This document shows positions 13,012 through 25,336 of a stretch of DNA of 64,000 nucleotides, one piece after another. The position numbers were made by a program, and so were the translations under genes. The notes below the pieces were generated by a model. That model worked only from the letters and a program-made list of their open reading frames with translations, had not been told where the DNA came from and ran no database searches. Source of the DNA: Antechinus flavipes (taxonomy: Eukaryota); contig NC_067402.1 of NCBI RefSeq assembly GCF_016432865.1, positions 122,512,001 to 122,576,000 on the forward strand, given 5' to 3'. Numbering within the stretch: position 1 is the first letter of the stretch; the number at the start of each line of letters is the position of its first letter.

Positions 13012-13137
13012 TTTTTTTTTTAATTTTGCTGAGACAATTGGGGTTAAGTGACTCGCCCAGAGTCACACAGCTAGGAAGTGTTAAGTGTCTAAGGCCAGAT
13101 TTGAACTTGGGTCCTCCTGACTTCAGGGCTGGTGCTC
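13012..13137 (-). mobile_element. WSINE1, 5'-truncated, with TSD
   Basis: Poly-T, then gctgagacaattggggttaagtgactcgcccagagtcacacagctaggaagtgttaagtgtct...ggtgctc; flanks cccttaatcaattttt (13001-13016) / cccttaaccaattttt (13138-13153). Confidence 0.92.
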
Positions 13138-14154
13138 CCCTTAACCAATTTTTACAAATTGTCTCTCCTCTCCTATCTCTAAAGTCACATTGACATTACC
13201 GAATATCAAGATATATGCTCATTTTCTTTGTAAAGTGTCAAGCTCTTCATGGACATAGTTACTTGTCCATCATCTGAAATAGGTATTGCAAAAAATGTAG
13301 TGATCTGCACAACAGTCTTTTAAATTTATGCTCATTATGAATATTTCTCTCTCTGACACATACTGGCTGTATAAACCTGAGCAAGCTCTTACTATTCTAG
13401 ACAGCTAAAACTATGAGTTGGCAGACAAGGTACAGACACACATTGCCAGATACATTACTGGTTATTCCATACGCCAATAAAATAATAGATCCAATACCTA
13501 TCCCCTATGAATATTCTATATTATTTTTTTCATTGTTTTGTAAACTGTGTCTTCTTATCTTACCTAGGCTAGAAATGCAGAAGCTACTCAGTGCTCCCAG
13601 TGATAAGCACAAGAGTTTTGACCAACTCAATTTCCAACCTGGTTTGTTTTGCATAACTTAGGTAATCTGATAGCCTTTTGTTCCCTTGAGATTCACAATA
13701 TCAATGACAGTCTTAGTGAGGATATCCAGTTGGTTTAACCCATTGCAGTTTAAAACGCTATGAGTTCTGCTAGTCTTAGCCTTCTTGAAAACACAAATTA
13801 CAAGTGTGGACCACCACCTTTGGACCCCTAGGAGTAAATCAAAGCAAGTTAATTAAATACCCTATTTAATATTTTCCTTTTTAAAACCTACAACCAATTG
13901 CTCCAAATTCTTTGTCTCAGGAGAATAATTAGCTTATTCTTTGGCTTTAAAGTCATTTCCATGTCAGGTAGACATATCCAAATATAATTTTTTGGAAATA
14001 TGATAAGTACAAATAATTTAAAGCATCTATACTACTACATTTACTGTCAAAATGGTTTTGGCTTTTTGAAATGCTCTAAGTTGTCATCATTTCAGTCAAG
14101 TGATTTGAACACCCTTCCCTTATTAGAATTCCTATTGGGAGAAAAGGAGCATGA

Positions 14155-14325
14155 CATTGTGATAAAAGATTTGGATTTGGGCTCAAAAGACATGAGCCTG
14201 TGTCTTAGTTCTCTCGCTTGCTGTGCTATTATGAGCAAATTGTTCTCCCTCTAAACCTGTCTCCTTTTCAGTAAAATAGGAAGAATAGATTTAATGCTCT
14301 CTGGGTTTCCTTCCAACTCTGGGTT
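14155..14325 (+). mobile_element. MIR3-type SINE
   Basis: gtgataaaagatttggatttgggctcaaaagac...cagtaaaatagg...tttccttccaactct. Confidence 0.65.
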
Positions 14326-16499
14326 TTTCTGGTGAACATATACTTATATGTTTAACCATTAGTGTACTCATAAATCTTAAGAAGATCCATCAGGATGGTT
14401 GCAGATAGTTTGGATATATTCTAACTTTCCAAGATCAGTTCCTCTTTTAGTTGTTACATAAGAAAGATGGAATTAGGATTGTGCTTTGTTCAAGATAGGA
14501 TCTCTTTATGCTCTTTTGTTAATGTTGATAGTTGGACCAAGAAAGTCATGTGATAACTTAATCTAGTTTTCACTAGAGGTAGCATATAAGTTTCAACTGC
14601 AAATGTCACATTCAAAGAAAATTTTTTTTAAGGAACTTATGTGAGAAACAAAAATTGAAGACCTAATTTTTTTTTTTTTAATATGCAAGCTAACTCCTAG
14701 TGTTCTGGATCATGCAAGATACATAAAATAAAGATTGTTTGAATTTGGGAAATCTTACATCACCTTGGCATGAAACTGTTCTTGTTTATCCTTTCATAAT
14801 TGTGAAGAATTTCCTCTAGAAATATCATTCAGGTAATATGACTTTTGATAGCACCATTTTGAAGTAGTGCCATTGTGTTAACAACATGAAATATAACGCA
14901 ACATAACCTCTTTGATGTAGGGTGGGTACTTGAGACTCCTTTAGCTATTTTAGATACTATTCTGGGAGGCATTATTAAAATAGACATGTACATTTAAAAA
15001 CTTTAGGGTATATTATGATAAAACCAATTTGCAGGAAATGTCAACTTTGTAAAATAAAAAAATGGGTTATTTAAATGTTAGATTAGTAAACAGCCTTGAA
15101 ATTATATAAAAATGCTTGAAAGTTTATTGTGTGAATTGAGGGGGGGAAAAGCATCCTTTTAAAACCCTGACTTTCAACTATCAGAACAGTAGCTCTTCAC
15201 ATTCCTAAATTAGTGGGAAATCGTGTAATACAAAGGCCAGTGATGTGAGCATTGCCTAATGAAGATAATGAAGTAGCTGAATGTGCCTCACACAGCACTT
15301 GAGCACGTTGCTGTGTCATACCCATATGAATGCTTTATATTCACTTATCAGTTGAAGTGCATGTGTCCTGAAAAATGGAAATCTTGGACTTTCCTTGGTA
15401 CACTCGATTATTTGTAATTGAACACCTGATTTCTATCATGTAACAAATTAACATCTGTGCTGGATCTGTCGTTCATGCATATGGATATGCTGATTAGAAT
15501 TCTGCAGATAAGCCGATACTTGAAAACAAAAAGACAACATTGTGAAACACTTCCAGCCATAATTTTTGGTTACATATTGAGAATCGTTTAATTATCTTAT
15601 TCCATTTAATTAGCCTCACTATTCAGGTCAATTGCTTTTTTTATTAATATGACATGTTAGTACTTTGTTAATTGGCATGAAATAGCACGTGATTATTCCA
15701 AGTATTTTATGCAAGAAATATGTGTTTTTAAGGAACAGAAGTCACAAAGGCACATTTCTTCCTATATTCACAGGTTTCTTATATATGTATAGATAGATAC
15801 CACAGATCATAACTTTGTGCTGATTAAACATTATCATTTGTACTTATTAATTTGAAGGTTATGCAAATTTGAAGCACAGATATGCCTTACAGAGTAAGAA
15901 TGGTTGGTAGTGAATAAGAATATAACACTTTAAATGAATGAGAAAGAGAGATGGAAACAGAGAGTTATTAAGTAAGAAATAGGGGGAAAAAAACAAAAAC
16001 AACCTGAAAATGATATTATCCAAGTCATCTTTATCCTTAAGTCAATCTTTCAATTACCTCTAACTTTAATTGATTTTCAAAACATATATCATGCATTGAA
16101 TTTATAAGCAATTGTTACAATTTTGAGATATTGATGGGGCAGGGGGAAGTTGAGTACAGCTGTAATGAAAAATTATAAATGAACTCATTTTCTTATTAAG
16201 ATTTATTTTGAGAATTATTTCCAAGACTAGAAAAATAATTTGGACAGCACCTTGGAGAGCATTTAATAGAATTAGGCTACACCTAGAAAATCAAATTTCT
16301 TACCCACATATATGATTTACACTTAGAATTCAGTATAGATATATTTCTAGTGTAGTTTGTATCCTACTAAATATGAAGGAACTTCAAACAAGATTCCATA
16401 TCATGAGACGCTACTATATTCAATTATTAAAATAGCATTCTTCAGCGAGCTGAGTGGTTATAGTTTCCCAATGATAAATAAAAAATATAATAAATAAAC

Positions 16500-17200
16500 A
16501 TGTAAATATATATTATATATATATATAAATGATAGCCTCATCATTATTCATCATAGTTCCTATTTTGTGATTAGAAATATAAAATTCCATGTACACACAC
16601 ACACACACATATGTGTGTGTGTTCATATATATATATATATGTATGTATATACACACAATATACTGCTCCTCATACATATAACACCCTCATACTAACAAAA
16701 CTATATACATGGAAATTTTATTTTATATGTGTGTATGTATACACATGTACATGTATATACATACATACAAATATGTGTGTATATGGATATGCATACATAT
16801 ATACACATGTGTATATAAATATATGTACATACATTAAAATATAGATAGACCAATATAGATCTGCAAATAGAACATTGCTATCTATAGATAGACATAGATA
16901 GGTATCTATAAATTTTTCTATAGAGAAAAATATGCCATATATATCTATTAGATAAATATCTATCTATAGGTATCTATATTCCATTTGCCTTTCGATATTC
17001 ATAGATTGAGCGGTCTCTCTGTACACACATATACATATCAATGTTCTACTCCAATGTGAGGGACAGAATTAGTGAGAGCTAAATATGTATATAGCAGCGG
17101 CAGAATTGGTCAGAATACACATGAATGTGTATGTATATTATACATCCATATACTTGTGTACACAAGCATATACATGTATGTGTTTGCATGAATAATTACA
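16500..17200. repeat. Compound (TA)/(CA)/(TG)/(TAGA) low-complexity microsatellite region
   Basis: Direct read; source of ORFs 16611..16844 and 17125..17313. Confidence 0.85.
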
Positions 17201-17239
17201 TGTTCATGCCTTTGAATTCTCTTAAGGAGTATGATGAGA

Positions 17240-17510
17240 GACACAGAGAGGATAGAGGTCTGAGCCAGGAGGACCTGAGTTTAAATATTGTCTTTGATGC
17301 ATATTGCGTTTAGTGAGTGATAATATTTCCTCATTTTCCACCAAATAAAGTCCATAAGACTCAGTGTAATATTCAGGGACTACTATGAATTGTTTAACCT
17401 CAGTGTCCTGGGAACCTCTTTCAGATGATATGTTATAGAGCAAGTATTGATCTGCAGTGACAAAAGTTACTCTCTGAGAGATTCCCTAGTCATAAACCCA
17501 CAAATCTGGA
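17240..17510 (+). mobile_element. CORE-SINE (MdoRep1-like) with internal insertion
   Basis: ggatagaggtctgagccaggaggacctgagtttaaat...tttaacctcagtgtcctgggaac...attgatctgcagtg...gattccctagtc. Confidence 0.6.
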
Positions 17511-17645
17511 TGCTCAAAGAAGAAAAAGACATCAGCATGTAGTAAAAAGAATGCTAGATCTGGAATCAAGGAACCCCAATTCAGTCTATGCTCTGTGACT
17601 AATGCCCTTTATTACTTTGGACAGGTGTAATTTCAGGTCACTCTC

Positions 17646-17665
17646 AAAAAAAAAAAAAAAAAAAA
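17646..17665. repeat. (A)20 homopolymer
   Basis: Direct read. Confidence 0.95.
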
Positions 17666-18302
17666 GCCATGTATGAATACAAGTCAGGATAAGGCTACAC
17701 AGTAAAATTGTTTCTCTTGTTGATAATATCATTATCCACTTGAGGGCACTATAGTCAAATTTGCAAAAGGAAAGAGAATAATTTATCTTTTATTTACTCT
17801 GTGATTAATAACTTCCATAATCCAATAACAAGAAGTCTTTCTTTGCCTTGGTATAGATGAAACCTATTTTCCTTAATTTTTGAAAGAGGGTTTAAGTATA
17901 TACCTTTATATACATGAAAAAGTATATTTAAATAAATTCGGATAGTAGTGAATATTTTGAAATAATATTTCTTAAATATTTTTAAATCTAGGAAATTTTT
18001 TAAAAAAATATCTACAGCAGATAGTTTGTCAAAGGTGTCTAATTCATTTTGAATATGTGTTTTCCAGAAAGCATCTATATATCTGTACCCCTGAGTCTGT
18101 TGAATTAAAGAATCCTAAATTAAAAAGAATTTGTGATTGTGTCTATAATATGCCAAACAAGTGTATTCTATCAACTTAGTCTCCAATCAGACAGTATTAT
18201 GAAAAATTAAGTCAACCTGATTATTTTGTGCCATGTAGAATGTTCAGCAATTAACTGAATATAAAACAAACAACTTTTCATTGTTCCTTGAGAAAGACAA
18301 TA

Positions 18303-18548
18303 TGATGTAGTTCATAGAGACTCTGTCGTATCTGACTTATGACCCAATTTGGGGTTTTCTTGGCAAGAATACTGGAGTGGTTTATCATTTCCTTCTCTAG
18401 CTCATTTTACATATGAGGAAACTGAGGCAAACAAGATTAAGTGACTTGTCCAGGGTTATGTGGTTAGTAAGTATCAGAGGCCAGAGTAGAACTCAGATAT
18501 TCCCGACTGCAGGCTGGTGCTCCATTCACTGTACCCCGCAACTGCCCA
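18303..18548 (-). mobile_element. Mar1 SINE
   Basis: tgacccaatttggggttttcttggcaagaatactggagtggtttatcatttccttctctagctcattttacatatgaggaaactgaggc...actgccc. Confidence 0.9.
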
Positions 18549-18559
18549 CTGTATGTAGA

Positions 18560-18780
18560 TAACTGGTCGTGGAAATCAGGAAGGTTTAGATTCAGGTCCT
18601 ACCTATTAATCTCTGGATGCTTCCAAGCAATTCTCTGACTATATTATAAGGGAGGTTCAATTTCCTCATTTATAAAACAGGGTTAATGATACATATAAGA
18701 TTTTTCTCCCCAGAGTTGTTGTGATACTCATATGAAATCTGTACAAAAAGTGATGTATAAATTTGAAGCACTATATACTT
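18560..18780 (+). mobile_element. MIR-type SINE
   Basis: ggaaatcaggaagg...aatttcctcatttataaaacagggttaatgat...gagttgttgtga. Confidence 0.6.
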
Positions 18781-19214
18781 GGTTCCTAACATTTTATTAT
18801 TTATGTAGAAACAGAAATGAACTTGCTCAGAGTTACTCATCCAGTCAGGGACAGGATTGAGGTAGAGTGCAGGCAATTCCTGGTAAGGCTTTAGGTGTTG
18901 TTCCTAAAATCCTCTCTTGTTCTCTATACTCAAGAACTTAGGCAGTTTATACAATAGCCTGAAACACAAGCCCTTCCATTAGGAAAGGGGATTGAGACAA
19001 AGAATACAAATAGTTTTGTAAAGACGTGCAAACTCAAAATTAAAGTCAGGCATCAAAATGCAAAAAGGAAAATATTGGTATTAGTCAATAACTAATATGT
19101 TGTTGGAGCTGGGAATTGTTCCAATCTGCTGGCAGACTGCTTAAAAAGAGGCTAGAAAGGTCACTAAAATATTTCTGTTCTTTAACCCAATGATGCTACT
19201 AATAAGTATATACC

Positions 19215-19695
19215 CTAAGGAGGTCAGGGTCTATGAGGGTCAGGGAGTACCTCTAATATGAAGAGCTCTTTTCAGGGCTGCTTTCTACCTTTGGTGCCCA
19301 CGTGCCACACAACTCTCACCTGGGGCTTCACACCCAGAAAACCCTCTAGGCAGAGGAGCTAACCAGATAATGAGCAGTTCTCAAACCTGTGAGTGAGTTA
19401 GGCAGGGGTCCAGCCCAAGCATGGGCAGGTCTTCATGGCAGAATAAGCAAATGAGAATATTGTGTTTCGGAGGGCCATGAAGGTGGCAAAGGATGCCGGA
19501 GAGGCTGGACTTAGGAGCACTTAGACACCCATTAGGCCAGAGTCGCCTGCCACATCCATCCAGAGGCAGTGCCAATTGATGATGGCTTTTGTCTGACACT
19601 GGGCTCTAATGATTCTGAAACAGAGAGAGTGAGGCTGATGACTTTGGCCAACTCTGCCTCACTTAAGTCCAATTTACATGCAAGTCAGAAGTCAA
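19215..19695 (+). mobile_element. RTE-derived marsupial SINE (WALLSI/RTESINE-type)
   Basis: gtcagggagtacctct...ttttcagggctgc...caactctcacctg...gagagagtgaggctgatgactttggccaactctgcctcacttaagtccaatttacatgcaagtc. Confidence 0.8.
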
Positions 19696-20302
19696 CACTA
19701 TTTGACTATTACATCATTTTGTTATTTTACCATTCAGTAATTTTACAATTTTGTCATTTTTACTGTTTGAATATTTTATTATTTTCTTTCTTTTTTTCTT
19801 TTCTTTTGCTTTTGCTTTTTTTTTTTTTTTAACTATCTGACTATTTTATCTATCATGGAGGCCTGTGGGAATGGGCTAGTGACTGAAGCAGTAGATATAA
19901 ATATATTGAGAGCTCTACTCACAACTCAGCATGCAGGCAGCCCTGGCTATAAGGTTGGTAGCACTCTTGGTGTCTGAGCAGCGTTCTTAAGGATCACACT
20001 GTTCAACTCTGGTGTGAGGAGGGGGTTAAAAAAGGTCCACTATTTTTTGTTTGTTTGTTTTGTTTGTTTTACCTATTACTCCCCTGCCTTCAACAATAGG
20101 CAGGAATCCTACCCTCTGGTCAAAATACAAAAACAAGATCAAAAACAGATAGAAAAATCTTGCTCATACTCAAATATTAGCAACTGCGCTCTTTGGGATA
20201 GCAAACAGTCCAAATGGTCATCAGCCCCTTTTAACTACGGCCTGCAGATTCTCTCAGTGTGGAAGAAAGGCTGATGATACCTGAGAACTAGAGATCACAG
20301 AT

Positions 20303-21045
20303 GATGCTGACCCCACCTCCCTGCTACTGACCCCACCCCTTGCTGCTGACCCCACCTCCTGCTGCTGACCCCACCTCCCTGCTGCTGAACCCACCTCCCT
20401 GCTTCTGACTCCCCCTTCTCTGCTGCTGACCCCACCTCCTTGCTGCTGACCCCACCTCCCTGTTACTGACCCCACCTCCTGCTGCTGACCCCACCTCCCT
20501 GCTGCTGACCCCACCTCCCTCTTACTGACCCCACCTCCCTGCTGCTGACCCCACCTCCCTGTTACTGACCCCACCTCCCTGCTGCTGACTGACCCCACCT
20601 CCCTGCTGCTGACCCCACCTCCCTGTTACTGACCCCACCTCCCTGCTGCTGACCCCACCTCCCTGCTGCTGACCCCACCTCCTTGCTGCTGACCCCACCT
20701 CCCTGTTACTGACCCCACCTCCTGCTGCTGACCCCACCTCCCTGCTGCTGACCCCACCTCCCTCTTACTGACCCCACCTCCCTGCTGCTGACCCCACCTC
20801 CCTGTTACTGACCCCACCTCCCTGCTGCTGACTGACCCCACCTCCCTGCTGCTGACCCCACCTCCCTGCTGCTGACTGACCCCACCTCCCTGCTGCTGAC
20901 CCCACCTCCCTGTTACTGACCCCACCTCCCTGCTGCTGACTGACCCCACCTCCCTGCTGCTGACCCCACCTCCTTGCTGCTGACCCCACCTCCCTGTTAC
21001 TGACCCCACCTCCCTGCTGCTGACCCCACCTCTCTGCTACTCACC
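20303..21045. repeat. GC-rich minisatellite, about 36 units of a 20-bp consensus CTGCTGACCCCACCTCCCTG
   Basis: Direct read; variants include ttact/ctgct, a 19-bp unit and a 24-bp unit with extra actg. Confidence 0.97.
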
Positions 21046-21084
21046 TTATGTTTCTGCTACCTCAGTCTGTTTTGTAGCTATTTT

Positions 21085-21345
21085 GGGAGCAATGGATAAT
21101 GTACTGATTTTAGAGTCAGTAAGACTTGAATTCATGTCCTGTGTAATGCATTAACTGTGTGACCTTATGCAAATCACATAATTTCTCCTAGCCTCAGTTT
21201 TCTTATTCATAAAATGGGGATTCGCATCTGTTTCAGAGAATGGTGTGAAAATCAAATGAGATAGTATATTGAAAGTACTTTGAAACCTTGAAAGTACTTT
21301 GAAACCTTAAAGTGCGATATTAATGATAGCAATTATTGTTGTTAT
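21085..21345 (+). mobile_element. MIR SINE
   Basis: Head gagcaatggataatgtactg, core tgtgtgacc...gcctcagttttcttattcataaaatgggg, tail atcaaatgagata...aaagtgc. Confidence 0.85.
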
Positions 21346-21864
21346 TATGTTGGCACCGTAGAAGGAAAATGGCCCATAATGTTAATTGTTATAGACCTTC
21401 ACTTAAGTGTAAAACAAGACATATTTTTGGATATTGCAAATATACACATTTGTTTTTCTTGATTATGAATATTGTTTGGTAAAAAAAAAAAATCCACAGA
21501 GAAGGGATGGAAGTGAGAGAAATCAAAACCTTACTAATGAAACAAAGCAAAATCAACAGATTTTAAGAAATAAATAATGAACAAAGTTCACCTCACAAAA
21601 AGAAAGGTACTTAGTATTATTGTTACTTTATTATTATTACTAAGTACCTGAGGTAGGGAGGGAAAGTAAGAGTGATGAAGGAAGGACAAAGGATAAGAGA
21701 GATGAGAGTAATAAGGGAAGGATAAAGGATAAGAGATGAAGGAAGGGTGAGCAAATATTCCCAGATAGACAAGAATATTAGTCATTCCTAATGTCTCCAG
21801 AAAGCAAGTGCCAATAAGTGAAACTGAATGATTAATTTACCAATCTGGTGAAAGTGTTTGAAAG

Positions 21865-22085
21865 CCTCAGCTAATTGGCACAGTGGATACACAACCAGAT
21901 CTGGAGCCAGGACCTGAATTAGACATTTCCTGGCTGTGAGACCCTGAGCTATTCACTTAATGTCTGTCTGTCCCTCATCTATAAATTCAGTGTAATTAGC
22001 ACCTACCTCTCAGAGTTATAGGAAGATGAAATAAGATAAAATTTGTGAATTGCTTTGCAAAATGAAAATGTTACTTAAACGTATA
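21865..22085 (+). mobile_element. MIR SINE
   Basis: cagctaattggcacagtggata...cctcatctataaa...agcacctacctctcagagtt...aataagataaaatttgtgaattgctttgcaaa. Confidence 0.75.
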
Positions 22086-22954
22086 TATGTAATAAAATAT
22101 CTCTTTTATTTCTTCTTCCTTTTCTTGCTTTTTTTCCTTCTTCTGCCTTCTTTCTTTTATTCTTTCATCATCATTATCATTATTATTAATTATATTAGAC
22201 AAGGCAAAAATAGAAGGCAGAAGGAGGCATTTGTAGGACCTACTCAGAAAAGTAGCCTCCCCTGCTTCTCACCAGAGTTTTGAGGGGCTACTCTAGCTAC
22301 CTTGACTTCATTAATGTTCTAACACATTCTCCTAGAAACAAAGTGCACAAAAAGGAAAAAAAACAACAATAATTTATTGCATTGTTCAGTTTTGTTTCAG
22401 CAGATTGATCAGTTTTTCATTATCCTCTCCTCTCAATGAAAGGACTAAGTGTACATGCCGGTAATGGGAGAAACTGCGTTAACAGTGAGATTGACATCCT
22501 GGTATCCCCAAACAGATAGTGGATTACGGGATTGTAGGTTTAGAGCTCAAAGTCATTTCAGAGATCATTAAATACAGCCTGTAATTGTTACAGAGGAGGA
22601 AGCCAAGGGTCAGGCTCTGAATTCCAAAACCAGCAGTCTTATCCTCTGTGCCACAGTATTGAATTTCAGAAAATCTTTTATGAAAAATTATCCTTCTTAT
22701 GAAGGGAAGAGTAAGGGGAAAAAATTTGTTAAGCACCTACTATGTGCTGGTCACAGTACTAAGGGCAATACAAAGATTATCTCACTTGATAATTCCCCTT
22801 ACTGAAAAATCAATAGCTTTTCAACCCTATTCTATTGTGATTTTGACCTATGCGGTTAGTTTTTAAAACTATAAAAAGGCTAAGAAGGTTATAGTCAAAT
22901 ATCATTTACCTTGTACTATTTTTCTTTCCATTTTATTCTGAGTAACTAATCTTA

Positions 22955-23165
22955 GTTGTTGTTTGTCCTAAGTTCTTGAAGGGACCATGACATCAGGGAG
23001 ATGATACTGTGATTTGCAAGTGAATTGGATTTAAGTGAGGGAGGGCTGTGTAAGGTCTCCTACTCCACTTTCCCCTCCAGTGGCCAGATATAATCAAGAC
23101 CACTAGAGATGGCCCTGGATGCAATGGGAGGCCATGGCCTTTCTAAGCTCAAGTCTTCAACAATC
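22955..23165 (-). mobile_element. RTE-derived SINE 3' end (WALLSI-type)
   Basis: gttgttgtttgtcc...gggaccatgacatcaggg...gcaagtgaattggatttaagtgagggagggctgtg; same family as 53301. Confidence 0.85.
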
Positions 23166-23204
23166 TTAGTAGATACCTTCTAAAGAGGCTTCAGTAGAAG
23201 TTAG

Positions 23205-23425
23205 TGTATATGCAAATGAAACTGGAGTTATGGAAACTTGAGTTCATATCCAGTTTCAGAGGCCAGCTATATAAGTCATTTTATCTATTTGCCTCAGTTT
23301 CTCATCTCTAAAATGGAAGTAAAAGGAGCATCTACAATCTCGTGTGAATCAAAAGATAATATTTGTAAAGTAAACCGTACCTGGCACATAGTAAGCCAAT
23401 TATAAAAATGTTAACTATTATTAAG
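23205..23425 (+). mobile_element. MIR SINE
   Basis: tgcctcagtttctcatctctaaaatgg...aaaagataatatttgtaaag...cctggcacatagtaagc. Confidence 0.75.
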
Positions 23426-24859
23426 GATTTCTTTTATAAAGCTTTCATGGTCTTTGAAGATACTATAAAAAAAGTATTTGCTGAATTAGCTAGACTTTGT
23501 AGTTAGTAAAGCATTTCACCTAGCAACAGAAACTTCCAGTTTGGTTCCCTGAGAACCCACGTCAGGTCCCATACTTTACAAACATTGTTTAGGCATAATT
23601 ATGCCATTGTCTTTGTAATCTAGTCAAAAAATAAAATTTACTTTTAACCAATCAGTTCATAAGATGGATATGGTTAATGTGATCATAATTCAGGATCTTA
23701 ATTTTTAAAAGGAAAATGATCTGATTTGTGTTAATATTGTTATAACATGAAACCCCACATTAAAATATTGCTCTACCTGCTATATGAGTAACTACTCAGG
23801 AAATATGAAACTTAAATTTTTGAATTGTGACTTATTTTCAAGGGAATTTAGCATTAATGCTACTTTTGTCATTAACTCCAAATATTTTATATTTATTTTT
23901 AAAGCATAAATAGAATATCATTTGAGACCCTCCAGTCCTGGCACTAGATATTAAATCAGTCTTCAGTCCAACTAGTTTCTGTAATCTTTTAAGAGAGTCC
24001 TACTATTTGTTTATGAACATCTTGCAGTGTAAATGTGACCAAAGCCCCATCCTAAGATGCAAAGTCAGTCAGATATATATAATCAGCATTAATGTGTGTT
24101 GTCCAGTAGATGGCTCTGGCATTCCCCAGACTCAAAATGCCTTCTATACCTAGTTGGAAAAAAAAAGTACAGCATATGGTAATAAAGGTGGCACTATTGA
24201 AGCATTTTTTAAGTAGAATGAAGAAATCTTCATAGAAAAACTTGTGATACTTCAAAACAAAAAGAAGCAGAAAATTGTTAAAGGGAGGTGAAATGGTGGC
24301 TCATTTTGGACTTGTCAAACTTGTCAAGGAATTTCATTAAATTAATATTAAGCCTCATTGCCTTCTGTTACCAGTATATGAATAATTAAAGATTTGATCT
24401 GGATTACAGAAATGTCTGATTACATTTGTAATTATGGATTAAATTTGAGACTTAGAATTTAAAATATGTTAACAATCTTGAAGTATAGTTTCCATGAGCT
24501 CTCTTGATTTAATTGTTTCTGTTGTTATTTGCATGTTTTATATGTTCAGTATGAAAACTGTGCCACAAACACCAAATATTAATTTTTGTATAATTTTTAT
24601 AGTGACATCATCCTGATTGTTGGTTTGATTTTGATATATACAGAGACTTACTCTGTATATAGGAAAGTATATAAAAATATGTATAGAAAAATATATAACT
24701 CTTCCATGTGAAAAAAAATTAAAACTTCTTTTATAAAGTGCCTTGAATTTTCATGAATTTGGTTGTACCATGAGTAACCCACTCACTCCCCCAAATTAGT
24801 CATGCATGCTGCCACCTCCCACATTACATGAAGAAACTTGCAATGTAACCTTTGTCTTT

Positions 24860-24971
24860 CATCCTCTACATCACTATTATAATATCTAAATTGTGATTCT
24901 CATTTAGGATCCACAAATTTCACTGGACTGCTAAAAGGGCTTACCATGCAAAAAAAATTAAGGATTTCTTG
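24860..24971. mobile_element. hAT-Charlie MITE terminal remnant
   Basis: ggatccacaaatttcactggactgctaaaagggcttaccatgcaaaaaaaattaaggatttcttg; similar to the right half of 53002-53181. Confidence 0.55.
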
Positions 24972-25314
24972 ATTTTAAAATACTTTGATATTCTGAACCC
25001 TTTGCCCCTAAGACAATACTAATGATGAAGAGGAAAGAACTTTACCCTATTAGTGGAGAATATATGCTGAATTAAATTCTTGGTTGTTGATATCTCTAAT
25101 CTCCTATTCATAGTATCTTAAAAACCTACCTGAGTACTAGTCATGTAATACAAAGCATCCTTTGAAGTAAATACACATTCATACAAGCTAAAGCAGGGAT
25201 TGCTAACTCTGACTCTACCCAATGACATGCCACATTATAGTTATCTCAAATTGCATTGACAAGAAAATGTTTTAAAAACAAAGTAATTTTAATTTGTTTT
25301 GATTTAAAAAAAAA

Positions 25315-25336
25315 GAAGAAGAAGAAGAAGAAGAAG
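25315..25336. repeat. (GAA)7 microsatellite
   Basis: Direct read. Confidence 0.9.

Noticed and set aside
20254-21009. Gly/Gln/Ser-rich minus-strand ORFs (GRWGQQQGGGV...), superficially like prion-protein GGGWGQ repeats
   Set aside because: They are translations of the 20-bp minisatellite in several frames, with no signal peptide, no PrP globular domain and no splice context.
20303-21045. Tandem array considered as CRISPR-like
   Set aside because: No unique spacers, eukaryotic context, no cas genes.
24052-24280. Minus-strand acceptor-like site (ttctgcttctttttgttttgaAG) and 67-aa ORF
   Set aside because: No donor, no recognisable peptide; expected by chance in AT-rich DNA.
24635-24661. Perfect 11-bp hairpin tatatacagag-actta-ctctgtatata (also 8-bp stems near 47811 and 49539)
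   Set aside because: Too short and AT-rich for a miRNA precursor or MITE; within chance for 64 kb.
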